Assembly: GCA_964016885.1 (NCBI GenBank)
Contig: OZ024740.1
Location: 316,944,001 to 317,008,000, forward strand
Reading direction: 5' to 3'
DNA from: Eledone cirrhosa
Taxonomy: Eukaryota
DNA: 64,000 nt
Shown here piece after piece: positions 37,807 through 49,885 of this stretch (the stretch's first letter is position 1; the number at the start of each line of letters is the position of its first letter). The notes under the pieces were generated by a model, which was given only the letters and a program-made list of their open reading frames with translations, was not told the origin of the DNA and did no database searches. The position numbers and the translations under genes were made by a program.

Positions 37807-38202
37807 CTAACAACAACACTAACAGTAATAACAATAAAATAAATAGTAATATCAAACCTAGCTATTTACTATGCTAAAAACTTGAATACATACATGTTAA
37901 TATGGGAAATAACTGTATAACATGAAAACAATACAAGATATGTTTGCTGGACAGAATAGAGTTTTCTCTGATCTTTCTAGAATGTCTTATTAGCAATCAA
38001 TAAATAAGCAAGCATTTAACAATTTCTGTCAAGATTAGGCTGATACTAATTCACAAATTGTTCAAATAGATAAGGTAAGAAAGTAGACTAACAGCTTAGA
38101 GGTCATTTAGATATAAATCCTTTACATTGTGATATGTTGATATGTCTCAGATTGAGTTTCTTAATTCTATGTACTTCGCTTAACATAGCTGTCAATATAT
38201 AT

Positions 38203-39758
38203 ATCATCATCATCATCATCATCATCAACGTTTAACGTCCGTGTTCCACGCTTGCATGGGTTTGGACGGGGGTTTTCCCACTTGAGGCAAGAGTGATTGT
38301 CTTGCTCGCATAGGACTGTCTGGCAGGTTTTCTACAGTTGGATGCCCTTCCTAACACCAACCACATTTACAGTGTGGGTCTGGGAGGTTTTTACCGTGTT
38401 GCCTACACGGCCACATTACAGCGTGGACTGTGTGTTTTTTTGTCGTGACACCTACACGATCTCATTTGTTTCGGCCTGGATGGTGTGGCACCAACATAAC
38501 TTTACATAGAAGGGGGCGGTGTGGATGGGGTGGGGGTGGTGGGACGGGGGGTGTATTTTGTTAGAGATGCCTACTGGCTGGAGTAGGTTTTACTTTGTAT
38601 TTAGGTAAGGCGGGTCTTCTCTATTACTGAGTACCGCCAAAGGTCTCGGTCCAGTGACATTGTCTTGGTGAGGTGTAAGTGTGTGAGGTCGGAGTTTATC
38701 AGCTCGTCCCAGGTTTTTCTGGGTCTGCCTATTCCGTGGCTACCGTCTATCTTTATTGCCCTGCACTTTGTTATACAGCTATCGTCCTTCATGCGCATCA
38801 CGTGACCATACCAACGTAGCCTTCTCTCTAGTAAACAACATCTGATCCCTCTTATTTCTAATTTTTTCCTTAGTTCGTTTATGCTTTGTCGTTCACGTAT
38901 ATTACTATTACACATCCAGCGGAGCATGCAAGCTTCGTTTCTCTCTAGTCTGCGTATATCCTCTGCACACAATGCCCAGGTCTCACTGCCATGCAACATT
39001 GCTGTTCGTATGCAGGCATCGTACAACCTGCCTTTCATTTTTAGGGAGAACCCTTTAGCGGCTAATAGTGGTATAAGCTCTCTGAACTTTTTCCACCCAG
39101 TTCTGACTCTAGCTACTGTACTTTCAGAGCACCCTCCCCCACTGCTGATTTTGTCACCCAGGTAACGGAAGCTGTCCACTATTTCTATAGAACCCTCTGC
39201 GCAGTTGAAAGAGCTAGTATTTTGTGGGCACTTGCTGCTACTTATTGCCCCAGAACACTGGCCACATGTAAAATCTATGTTCTTAGTTAGCTTACCTGTG
39301 ATCCCACTACATCTTTTATGAACCCAAACTTTGCATTTGGGACACAAAATGGAATTTCTACCTACGCCTTTCCTACACTCTGCGCATGGCAACTTCCCGG
39401 AGGGGACTGCCGCCTTATTTTCTTTCTTACAAACTAGAACTTTAGTCTTAGCCAGGTTAATTTTAAGGCCTTTTGATTCTAGGCCGTGCTTCCATGTTTG
39501 GAATTTCTTCTCTAGCTCGGCCATTGATTCAGCTATGAGCGTTAGATCATCTGCGTATAGGAGTTCCCATGGGCAGCCGGTCTTGAACTCCACTGTTATA
39601 GCCTGGAGGGCAATAATAAATAGTAGGGGGCTAAGAACAGAGCCCTGATGAACACCAACTTTTACACTAAACTCTTCACTATATTCGTTGTTAATTCTAA
39701 CCTTGCTGACTGTTTCTTTATACATGGCTTGTATAGCTCTCACAAGCCATTCATCAAC

Positions 39759-39762
<4 letters not shown>
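38203..39762 (-). mobile_element. RTE subfamily B, 5'-truncated, open frame
   Basis: ORF 38601-39743: GVHQGSVLSP, YADD, PHD-like finger, YLG. Confidence 0.95.
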
Positions 39763-39822
<60 letters not shown>

Positions 39823-40059
39823 TATATATATATACATACATATATATACATATAATATATATTGTAGTCAGCATATGTAGACAATTTATAATAGACATGT
39901 TTAACGTCCATGTTTCCATGCTGGTATGGGTTAGGCGAATTGGAGTGTGGACTGGATGCTTTTTTGCCATGACACCTATATGACCACATTATATATAAAT
40001 GTAATATATCAATAAAAGATCAGAGGCCATATTCAGTTGATTCAGGTTTATTTAAAACT

Positions 40060-40117
40060 CCATTATACATATTTCACTGAGGACTATCAATTATGATTGC
40101 CTGAGTTCTTCAGACGG
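40060..40117 (-). ncRNA. Type I hammerhead motif in a TA-flanked element (~40008-40340)
   Basis: Minus strand: ccgt-CTGAAGA-actcagg...cctcagt-GAAA-tatgta-TA-atgg. A second, truncated copy is at 55236-55303. Confidence 0.78.
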
Positions 40118-40445
40118 CAAAACCTAAAATAAACATAGAAAGTTCCTAAGCAACTTTTAAATTTGGAAAAATCTAATAATTTCTCAGAAAAAAGATTTTA
40201 TTTCATGATACAAGGGGCCGGCCGAATGCATTCAGCTGGCCCCTTGTGTCATTTAACAGGTTCATGAGCGCTTCTTTTTATTTGCTTCACAACCGACAGA
40301 CCATGGTGTGATCCGCACATCCCTGCTCTCTTAACCTCTTACTCTATATACATATCTATATATATCTATATATAAAAGACGTAAAATAAGAACATTTAAA
40401 AAAAAAATTTTTTTTTAAAAATTAACTTACTTACTTAAATTTTCA

Positions 40446-40525
40446 CTCCAACTAATTAGTTTCTGCAATGGGATAAAGACAGTTACGTAATGAACCGTTG
40501 AGAATTTCATTGCGTCATCAGGGAG
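40446..40525 (-). ncRNA. Type I hammerhead motif (mirror copy)
   Basis: Reverse complement of 40874-40953. Confidence 0.8.
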
Positions 40526-40873
40526 GTCATTCTCAGCCGAGTCTCCAGGCGATGCGCGGACACTGGCGACTCATATAAAAATAATAATAATTCGGTAAAT
40601 GGAACAGCTATCGAGGACTGGATTCCAGCTACTGAAAATTCTCACTGCCACTGATCATATGGCCGATTCTAAAGAATCAATCACGTGACACAGAGGCTAG
40701 TCAGTAGGGGTGGTAAGATTGATTCTTTAGAATCGGCCATATGATCAGTGGCAGTGAGAATTTTCAGTAGCTGGAATCCAGTCCTCGATAGCTGTTCCAT
40801 TTACCGAATTATTATTATTTTTATATGAGTCGCCAGTGTCCGCGCATCGCCTGGAGACTCGGCTGAGAATGAC

Positions 40874-40953
40874 CTCCCTGATGACGCAATGAAATTCTCA
40901 ACGGTTCATTACGTAACTGTCTTTATCCCATTGCAGAAACTAATTAGTTGGAG
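40874..40953 (+). ncRNA. Type I hammerhead motif with palindromic stem III
   Basis: ctcc-CTGATGA-c-gcaatg...cattgc-a-GAAA-ctaattag-TT-ggag. Cleavage site after 40949. Confidence 0.83.
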
Positions 40954-41145
40954 TGAAAATTTAAGTAAGTAAGTTAATTTTTTTAAAAATTTTTTTAAAA
41001 AAATGTTCTTATTTTACGTCTTTTATATTATTGTTCTGCATTCTCCTGCATCGAACCACCTAGGTACTATGACATAACCTGTGTATTTGCTGGCATTGGC
41101 GTACATCTGTGCGCTTATGTTAGTAGATATATTAAATTATCTATA

Positions 41146-41234
<89 letters not shown>

Positions 41235-41362
41235 ATATATATATATATATCTATATATATATATATCTATCTATATATATATATCTATATATATCTATAT
41301 ATATATATCTATATATATATCTATATATATATCTATATATATCTATATATATCTTTATATAT

Positions 41363-42026
41363 CATGAGACGAAGAAACCATCGCGCACGCATTCACACAC
41401 TGCCCGGGTGTCACTGATCTGTGGAGCTATGTAGAACGACTATTGTCGCGGGTGGGACTAATCCGGTTGACCACCGAGTCCATTGTCATGATCAAACCGC
41501 CACCCTCCTTCAAAAACGAAGGAGAGGCGGTTTTCCTTTGTGTGATAGCTATGGCGAAAGAGGTTGTATGGTGGACAAGGTTGAAAGGGCTGAGGTCAGA
41601 CACCTTTCTCTCTGGCCAACAACTGATTCTTTTTTTCAAATACCACTTTGGAAGAAGAATCAGGATGGAGAGAGAGGTGCTGTACCCCAGCAAGTTTTAT
41701 GAAAGGTGGGTGAAAGTGGCGAGAATGGCCCGAGTGAATGGGCCTTCTCTCTATATCAGCCTGTAGGTTGAGGAAAAAGAGGAGGAGAGGAAAGGAGTAC
41801 AAACTCTTCGTACTCCTCGAGATGAGGGTTGCACATTTTTTTTCGGGGGTATGTGTTACCCATATGTAATTTCTCCCCCTATTGGGGAAAATCGACTAAT
41901 TTTTAAATTGCATTTGTGATAATATTTTACATGTTTTTATTGTATGTAAACTTCCCCCTTTGTATTTGTCCCCTTCTTTTGTACCCCTGTGGCTAATAAA
42001 GAAACATATCTATCTATCTATCTCTA
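41363..42026 (+). mobile_element. 3' fragment of a Tx1/L1-like element
   Basis: ORF 41443-41766 closely matches 47245-47568; aataaa plus (TCTA)n tail. Confidence 0.92.
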
Positions 42027-42039
42027 TTCTATCTATTCT

Positions 42040-45000
42040 GTCTAACACGTGGAAAACGCGCTGGTGAGTAAATGTTTTAATTTCATTGGAAATTGCATGA
42101 ACTGAATCTACATTCTTACACCATTTTGTAGATAAGCTGCCACCCTACACTTTGTAGGTGGTAGCAACCCCAAATAATAAGCCCATCAGGGCGAAAAACA
42201 GAAAAATTCCACAAAATTTCTACCGGAATTTTGAATATAGTCAAAATGGCCAAATTCTTTGACCTCATCTTCACAAAAAACACATCAAAGAATTGTGGAG
42301 ACGGGCTGTTAATATCACCTTCCACAGTACTAGTAGCAGGTGAAGGCTGCCTGCCTGCTGCTATCACCAACAACAACAACAGTAACGACAACAGCAACAA
42401 AAACAACAACAACATCAAATCTGTCAGCCAACAATTAGACAGAGGTGGTGGAGGGACGGTAAAACTGTCAAGCCAAGAAGCAGCTCGCATCGCCTCGTTG
42501 AAACACTTCGATATGTTTAAAACACACCCTGACAACAACGCCAGCACCACCAACACGAAAACTGTGAATGGCACAAACTAAAACAACGCCATCAACAACA
42601 ACAGTGACAACGAGGACAAGAAGAACAACAATGATAACAAAACCACAACCAACAACAACAACACCAACAATGGAAAAAACGAAATCAACATCAACAATAA
42701 GAACAACAAGACCAATAACTGCAACAAGGAAGTAAACGACAAAATATCATTTGCGCAAACCGTAAAGAAAACGGTAAGCTACACTCCAGTAGATATTTCA
42801 AATGCAAATGAGCTTTTGAATAACGCCAGACAATATGTAACTTTTGGGGAGAACGGATCATCCTCCATAAACTCTCCCCCATATTTGCGAAGAGAAGCTG
42901 CCTTGAAAACTGTGATTCTCAGGACAATCTCAAACAAAACACGAAAACCGACTCAACTTTCACAAGGCGAAATTGAGTTGGCTTTAAAAAATGCCTTAAA
43001 AGACATTGCTTTTATTCAGAAGGGTAGACTCTACGGGAGTTTATCCATTCTAATGAAAAACCAATTAACGGCACATAAATATTCTGTGTCGCCAATTGTG
43101 TCACCGCTGTTCACCTTTTTCCCCACTTACATGGGGAAAAGGACACAGAAAATAAAAATCCAAAGTATCACACCAAATATTGACATTTGGTGGGTACTAT
43201 GTGGATTTTTAAACCACGAAACAGACTATATAATATCGGTAGGTAAGTCCTCCGGTGACCTGTTCAGCAGAACTAGCCTGGAAGTTCTGGTCCAAATGAC
43301 ACCAGAACGAATAGCTAGGATCCCGGAATGTGTGTTGCTGGATGGGCTTATATACATAAACATTTCGGTCGAGGGTAGGCAGCCCTCATGTTACCACTGC
43401 TCAAGCAGGGGTCACCTGAGAGCTTCCTGTCCTCGGCTAACTAGCCAAAAAAAGGCACTACTGCCAACACCTGCAACACCAGCACAACAATCACCACCAC
43501 CACCACCACCACAGCAACATAAAAAAATAGTGACAACAAAACAAACGACAAACACAGTCCCACCCAACCCCTCCCCACTAAAACAACTCCAGAAATACCC
43601 ACACACATAACAGCTCCCAAAACGTACCCCTCCCCAACAACATGGATGAGGCCTCATCATCGTCACCCAGTGACGATGAGGGAGAGCCTTTCCGACGAGT
43701 AAAAAGAAAAAAGAAAAGACATAACACAAACAAAAATGCAACAAACACACAAACACCAACACAAGCGACGCAAACAGCACAAACAAAAACACCCCCTCCT
43801 GAAATCAAAACACCTACTACAAAACGTAAACACACACAAGAACCACAGACAAAAAGCAACCCAACACAACAAAAATGTTACACCTACATAAATACTAACA
43901 ATAAAACTTTAACAAACACCATATATAAAAATCCTTCGGTGGAGACCGAAGGGAAAACTTTTACACACTCTTCGGAGAATCCTAATCTTAAAATGATTAG
44001 GACCTCCATGGACACACATAAACAGTTAAAAGAAAAATTTCCTAACGACGTAGGTAACCCCTGCGTCAAACCCTACAATCGAGTCCTGTTAAAATGTTTC
44101 CCCACCCCCATCCCACCAGACACCCCCTCCCCACCAAACATCTCTGTCCCCAATCCTCCAGAGACCACCACCCCACCAAACAACCCCTCCAACACCCCCA
44201 TGGAAATTGTGCAGCCGGGTCCCCAGGAGACGAAGAGGTGAGTGATTTCTTTTCCTCTTCTGTTAACTTTTCAGCACCAACATGGCCAATATAAGAGTTG
44301 GATGTGTGAATGTACGCGGTCTGGGGATGCCCTGGAAACAGGGCAAACTCTTAAATGACCTCAGGTCGCACAGTATGGATGTGGTAGCCGTTTGCGAGTC
44401 CAGGATCCACAGCGAGCGACAACTGGCCCCCATCTTCGACGACTTTGAGATCTATGCATCTCTCTGTCAGCCGGGAGGTGGGGGTGGGGTTGCCGTTTTG
44501 CTGCGGAAACACCTGGACCTCGTAACACAGACGGTACATCTGGACCCGGAGGGTCGACTCGTGGTCCTAGACGTTGACGGTAGTGAAGTTGAAGCCTTCA
44601 GGCTGGTGGCTGCATATGCCCCATCCGGGACACCACGGCCAGACTTCTTCAAACGTCTAGAGACTTTTCTGGGAACGTCCCGCTCCCTGCTGTTAGTGGG
44701 GGACTGGAATGGAATCCTAGATGCACGTTGGGACTATGTGGGAGCATGTCCCGATAGAGGGGGGGGGGGGTGTAACAGCCTCAAACAGTTAATCGGCCGA
44801 TTTGACCTGACCGATAGATATCAACTAGATTTTCCGACTGTGCCACTGTGGACGTGGACTAAATCGCAGCGGAACATCTAGATCGTACCTAGATAGGGTT
44901 CTAGTTAGAAAGAAGGATAGGGACATGTTAAGCTGTCCACAAATGTTCATGGTTGCCTATTTAGATCACAAATTAGTGACCTGCTTAGTCAACCTTGACA

Positions 45001-47815
45001 TAACCCATAGACAGGGACCCGGCTACACGAAGCTGAACTTGTCGTTACCGACATGCAAAGCCTACAGTAGACGGATTAGCACTTTAGTTAAACAGCACTT
45101 GACAGGGGCCATTGTCAACAACAGATGGTGGTACTCTCTCAAGAGGGCAGTTAGATTAGACTCGATAGGTTTTAGTAAAGAATTAGTGTTAGATAGAAAT
45201 AAGACTGAAAAGGAACTGGTAAATAAAGTAGAAGAGGCATTTAGGAGTGGCAACGTAGTCAGCGTGCTAGCGACGAGAACGGCCTTGGACCAGTTCTTCG
45301 ACGCAAAGCATGAAGGCTGCATTGTCAGAAGCAAAATACGTGCTCTGGGAAACGAGGGAGCCAAAGCTGTTAGCTGGGCCCGAGCGACGGAGGCGAAAAG
45401 TGGCAACAAGTCCACGATTCGGTCTTTGAAGGACCAAGACGGACGCGTGATACATGAGCCAAAGCAAATGTGCGCAGTCTTTCAGTGGCACTTTGCTCAA
45501 TTGTTCGGGCAGGGCGGCGCGCCGGGAGGGTCTATGTATTTTGGTTCATACCGCGACGGCCTACCGTGACTCTCGGACAGCGAGGCGAAGTTCTGCGAAA
45601 GGCCGATTTCGGCCGCTGAGATAGAGGACGCGCTGAGCCAATGCGACAAATGCAAATCTCCAGGTCTCGACGGTCTACCCTACGAATTTTGCGTAACAAT
45701 GCCAGACTTGTTCTCCGGTCTCCTGGAAGCGGTCTACTGCAACTGGCAGCAGAACGGGAGAATTCCCAGTTCTGTGACCAAGGGCGTAATCACGTTAGTC
45801 AGGAAGGACGAGAACAAGGGGGATGACATAGGCAACTTCCGGCCCATAACTCTGCTCAACACAGAATTACAGATTTTGGCCAAGGTGTTGGCAAAGAGGT
45901 TGGCGCTTGTCGTCGAACCTCATGCGATACATCATAGAGAGGGTAGGGTGTAAACCTGGCTTCGGTGGGGCCCTGATCAACTTGGATCAGTCTAAGGTTG
46001 ACCATCGTTACCTGGATGCGGTGCTCGAGGCAGCAGGCTTCGGTCCCGTGTTCAGGGGCTGGATTGCTGCAATGCACAACAGCAACATCTGCTCAAGGGT
46101 CACGGTGAACGGCTACCTACTGCGGAAGTTGGAGCTATTGCAGGGCATCCCTTTAGAACCGGGACTGCGAAAAGTGGCGTCGGCCTACACCGACGACATG
46201 ACAGTAATGGTGTCAAGCACCTCGCAAATCGGGGAGATCGGCACCTTACTGGAGGAATACGAAAGGTTCACAGGAGCGAAGTTGAACCGCGACAAATCTG
46301 TTGGTTTGCAACTTGGAACGTAGAGAGGCAAACCGATGCCTTCCGATGACGTCGTTGGACGCTGGACGGAAGGACCAGTAAAGCTGCTCGGGGTCTGGTT
46401 TGGTCCTTACCTCCAGGTGGAGAAGAACTGGAACGAGGTGACGGCCAAGGTGTTTGCGCTCACCCAGAAGTGGGCCGAGTGCAATCTTTCCTTGAATGGT
46501 CGAGCAGAGGTGGCGAACACTTTTATAGCGTCCGTCATCTACTACCGCTTGACCGTTGTGCCTTGTCCAGCCAAAACGCTCACCAAAATGGAGCGCGCGC
46601 TCTTCCAATTCCTTTGGAAGAAATGGGTTCCTTTGGTGAGAAGATCCATCTGCTGCCAACACCCTTCAAACGGAGGGATGGGGATGCCGTGGCTGACGAT
46701 CCGCAAACACGCACTCAGGCTGCAGCACATACACGTATTCCTCACCAGACAACCGGTGTGGGCCCCGTTTGTGAGGTGAGCCTTCCCACGACTCGTCTCG
46801 CTGACCGAGCTGCAGACCTGGGACAAGCAAAGACCGAGGAAAATGGGCGACTGGCATATCGAATGTACTCAGGCGCTCACAGTCCTTTGGCAAACGGACC
46901 CGGTGATCAGTTGAGACTCCACTTCGACATTCTATAGAGGGTTGGTCCGCAGCAAGTGCGACGACATGCTCGGAGAAACTCTAGGCGTAGAGGAGAACGA
47001 ACTGGCCAGTCTGTTCGGTAGGACATTCCGCCCGGGACCGATGGACAACTTCCAAAAGTCCCTGGCCTGGCAGTGCTACCGAGGCGCTCTACCAGTTCGA
47101 GACAAGCTTTACAGACAGGGGCGCCCGGGTAGGGACCCTTCGAAAAAGATCTGTCTGAGATGCGTGCGCGATGAGGAGACCGTCCCACATGCATTTGCAC
47201 ACTGTCCGGGCGTTACCGACCAGTGGGGCTATGTAGAATGACCATTGTCGCGGGTGGGATCAATCCAGTTGACCACCGAGTCCATTGTCATGATCAAACC
47301 GCCACCCTCCTTCAAAAACGAGGGAGAGGCGGTTTTCCTATGTGTTATGGCTATGGTGAAAGAGGTTTTATGGTGGACGAGGTTAAAAGGGCTGAGGTCA
47401 GACACCTTTCTCTCCGGCGAGCAACTGATTCGTTTTTTTAAATATCATTTTGGAAGAAGAATCAGGATGGAGAGAGAGGTGCTGTACCCCAGCAAATTTT
47501 ATAAACGGTGGGTGAATGTGACAAAGATGGCCCGAGTGGTTGGGCCTTCTCTCTATATAAGGCTGTAGGTTGAGGAAAAAGAGGAAGAGAGGAAAGGAGT
47601 ACTCACTCTTTGTACTCCTGGAGATGAGGGTTGTACATTTTTTCGGAGTGTGTACAACCCCCGTGTAACACCTCCCCCCTATTGGGGATTTCAATTATTA
47701 TTTGTTATTTTATTAATAGTTTTATTTTCATACACCTGTATGTAAACACCCAATTTGTATTTGTCCCCTTCTTTTGTGCCCTTGTGGCTAATAAAGAAAT
47801 TTATCTATCTATCTA

Positions 47816-47818
<3 letters not shown>
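42040..47818 (+). mobile_element. Near full-length Tx1/L1-clade retrotransposon, decayed
   Basis: ORF1 with CCHC knuckle CYHCSSRGHLRASC. ORF2 from 44282: APE (NVRG, GDWN), KSPGLDG, FRPITLLN, AYTDD, C-terminal CxxC..ETVPH..C. Multiple stops; (TCTA)n tail. Confidence 0.93.
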
Positions 47819-47850
<32 letters not shown>

Positions 47851-47851
47851 G

Positions 47852-48070
47852 TCAAGTTTAATATAGAAATGGCTTCTACAGGACTAGAACTGTTTCATTC
47901 AAAAGAAACCATGAAACTATCCGGAAAGCCCTTTCGTGATGATTTCTTTTGAATCAAACAGTTCTAGTCTTGTTGAATCCATTTCTATATTAAACTTGAT
48001 GTTTACACTACACTAATGGATTGAGTACTAAACTAACTGTGATTAGCTCCGATTGAACCCAGGACTCAGC
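47852..48070 (+). mobile_element. Older TA-adjacent fold-back element with a decayed hammerhead
   Basis: Imperfect arms at 47852-47908 / 47943-47999. HHR consensus can be rebuilt at 47932-47978. Confidence 0.6.
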
Positions 48071-48142
48071 GCCCCCCCCCCCCACACACACACACATATA
48101 TATATATATGGTAAAGTATGTGTTAGTCAATTACTGATACTA

Positions 48143-49588
48143 TTGTGAAAGCGGTACAAGCCATGTATAGGGGAGCAGTCAGCAAAGTTAGGATTGGCAA
48201 TGAGTATAGCAAGGAATTTAGCGTACAGGTTGGGGTCCACCAGGGCTCTGTTCTTAGCCCTCTCCTGTTCATCATAGTCCTGCAGGCAATAACGGAGGAG
48301 TTTAAGACCGGATGCCCATGGGAACTCCTGTATGCTGATGACCTCGCACTCATAGCTGAATCTATGGTAGAACTAGAGAATAAATTCCAAACCTGGAAGC
48401 AGGGACTAGAGAGAAAGGGCCTCAAAGTCAACATGACAAAGACTAAGGTCCTTGTAAGTAGACGAGAAAACAGAACCCAGATCCCCTCAGGGAAATGGCC
48501 TTGCTCAGTATGTAGGAAAGGTGTAGGTAGGAACTCCATTCTCTGCCCCAAATGCAAACAATGGGTACACAAGAGATGTAGCGGGATCTCAGGAAGCTTA
48601 ATTAAGAATGTAGGATTCACATGCAGCAGCTGTGCTGAAACAGCAAGCAAACAGCCACAGGAAACAAGTACCACCAATCTCTGGGAGGGCCCTGTAGAAA
48701 CAGTAGACAGCTTCTGCTACCTAGGTGACCGAATTAGCAACGGAGGTGGGTGCTCAGAAAGTACAATAACTAGGGTAAGAACGGGATGGAAGAAGTTTAG
48801 GGAACTACTACCACTGCTAGCTGCAAAAGGCTTCTCCCTCAGAATGAAAGGCAGACTGTATGATGCGTGTATCCGAACAGCGATGTTGCATGGTAGTGAG
48901 ACCTGGGCGCTGAAGGTGGAAGACTTACGTAGATTAGAGAGAAACGAAGCCTGCATGCTCCGATGGATGTGTAACAGTAATATACGTGAACGACAAAGCA
49001 TAAAGGAATTGAGAGAGAGACTGAGCATAAGAGGAATCAAATGCTGCGTGCAGGAGAGGCGGTTACGCTGGTATGGACATGTGATGCGTATGAAGGATGA
49101 CAGCTGCATAAAAAGGTGCAGAGCACTAGAAGTTGATGGAAACCGCGGAGTGGGGAGACCCAAGATGACTTGGGGTGAGGTGATAAAAGCCGACCTTACC
49201 CAACTACACCTCTCAAAGTCAATGACACACGACCGTGACTTCTGGCGTCACGCAGTAATACAGGGTACCCGACCTCCCATGGGTACATGCTGAAGCATAT
49301 AAACAATATGCCCCCCCCCCCCCCCACCGCAAGGTGGCCGTGGAGGTGCCACGGCAAAAAAGCACCCAGCCCACACTGTAAAGTGGACGTGTAGGCGCCA
49401 CGAAAAAGCACCCAGCACTCACTGTAAATGAGGTTGGTGTTAGGAAGGGCATCCAGCTGTAGAAATCAAGCCAGATCAGTTCCTGTATGAGCAAAGCATG
49501 GTCAGCCGACCAGACACTGCCCACAACAGGACAACCCGTCTAACCCATGCTAGCGTGGAAGAACGGACGTAAAACGGTGATGATGATT
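48143..49588 (+). mobile_element. RTE subfamily C, 5'-truncated, open frame
   Basis: ORF 48145-49293 with YADD and PHD-like finger; (GAT)n tail. Confidence 0.95.
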
Positions 49589-49705
49589 GTATGTACAACG
49601 GAGCACTCCTTGAAGTACACAAGAGGGTCTGTTTACTCCGGAGAATAATTAAAATGATGAAGTACAAGTCAAAAGTTTAGAATTTACTTCATTTATTCAT
49701 AATCA

Positions 49706-49762
49706 CTGTTATACATATTTTGGTGATAACCATTATACAACAGTTATGACCTCATCAGACAG
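49706..49762 (-). ncRNA. Inactivated type I hammerhead (G12 to A)
   Basis: Minus strand: ctgt-CTGATGA-ggtcataac...gttatcacc-AAAA-tatgta-TA-acag. Confidence 0.7.
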
Positions 49763-49885
49763 CTAGAAGTTGAATAGAAAAAACAGAAAAAACATGAAAA
49801 AGATATAAAGATTACTCGATCCATGTCCCAGGCTGGTACTTGGTGTTGCTTCCTCAAATATATGTATATATATGTATATATATAT

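Larger units (their letters stand above)
40370..41140 (+). mobile_element. TA-embedded fold-back element, ~313-bp inverted arms and 34-nt spacer, with two hammerheads
   Basis: Arms at 40370-40682 / 40717-41028; unique tail to ~41140. Confidence 0.88.

Noticed and set aside
9836-47999. All palindromes being assembly or chimera artefacts
   Set aside because: Several have arm mismatches, TA-bounded ends and centres tied to ribozyme structure. An artefact remains possible only for the near-perfect ones.
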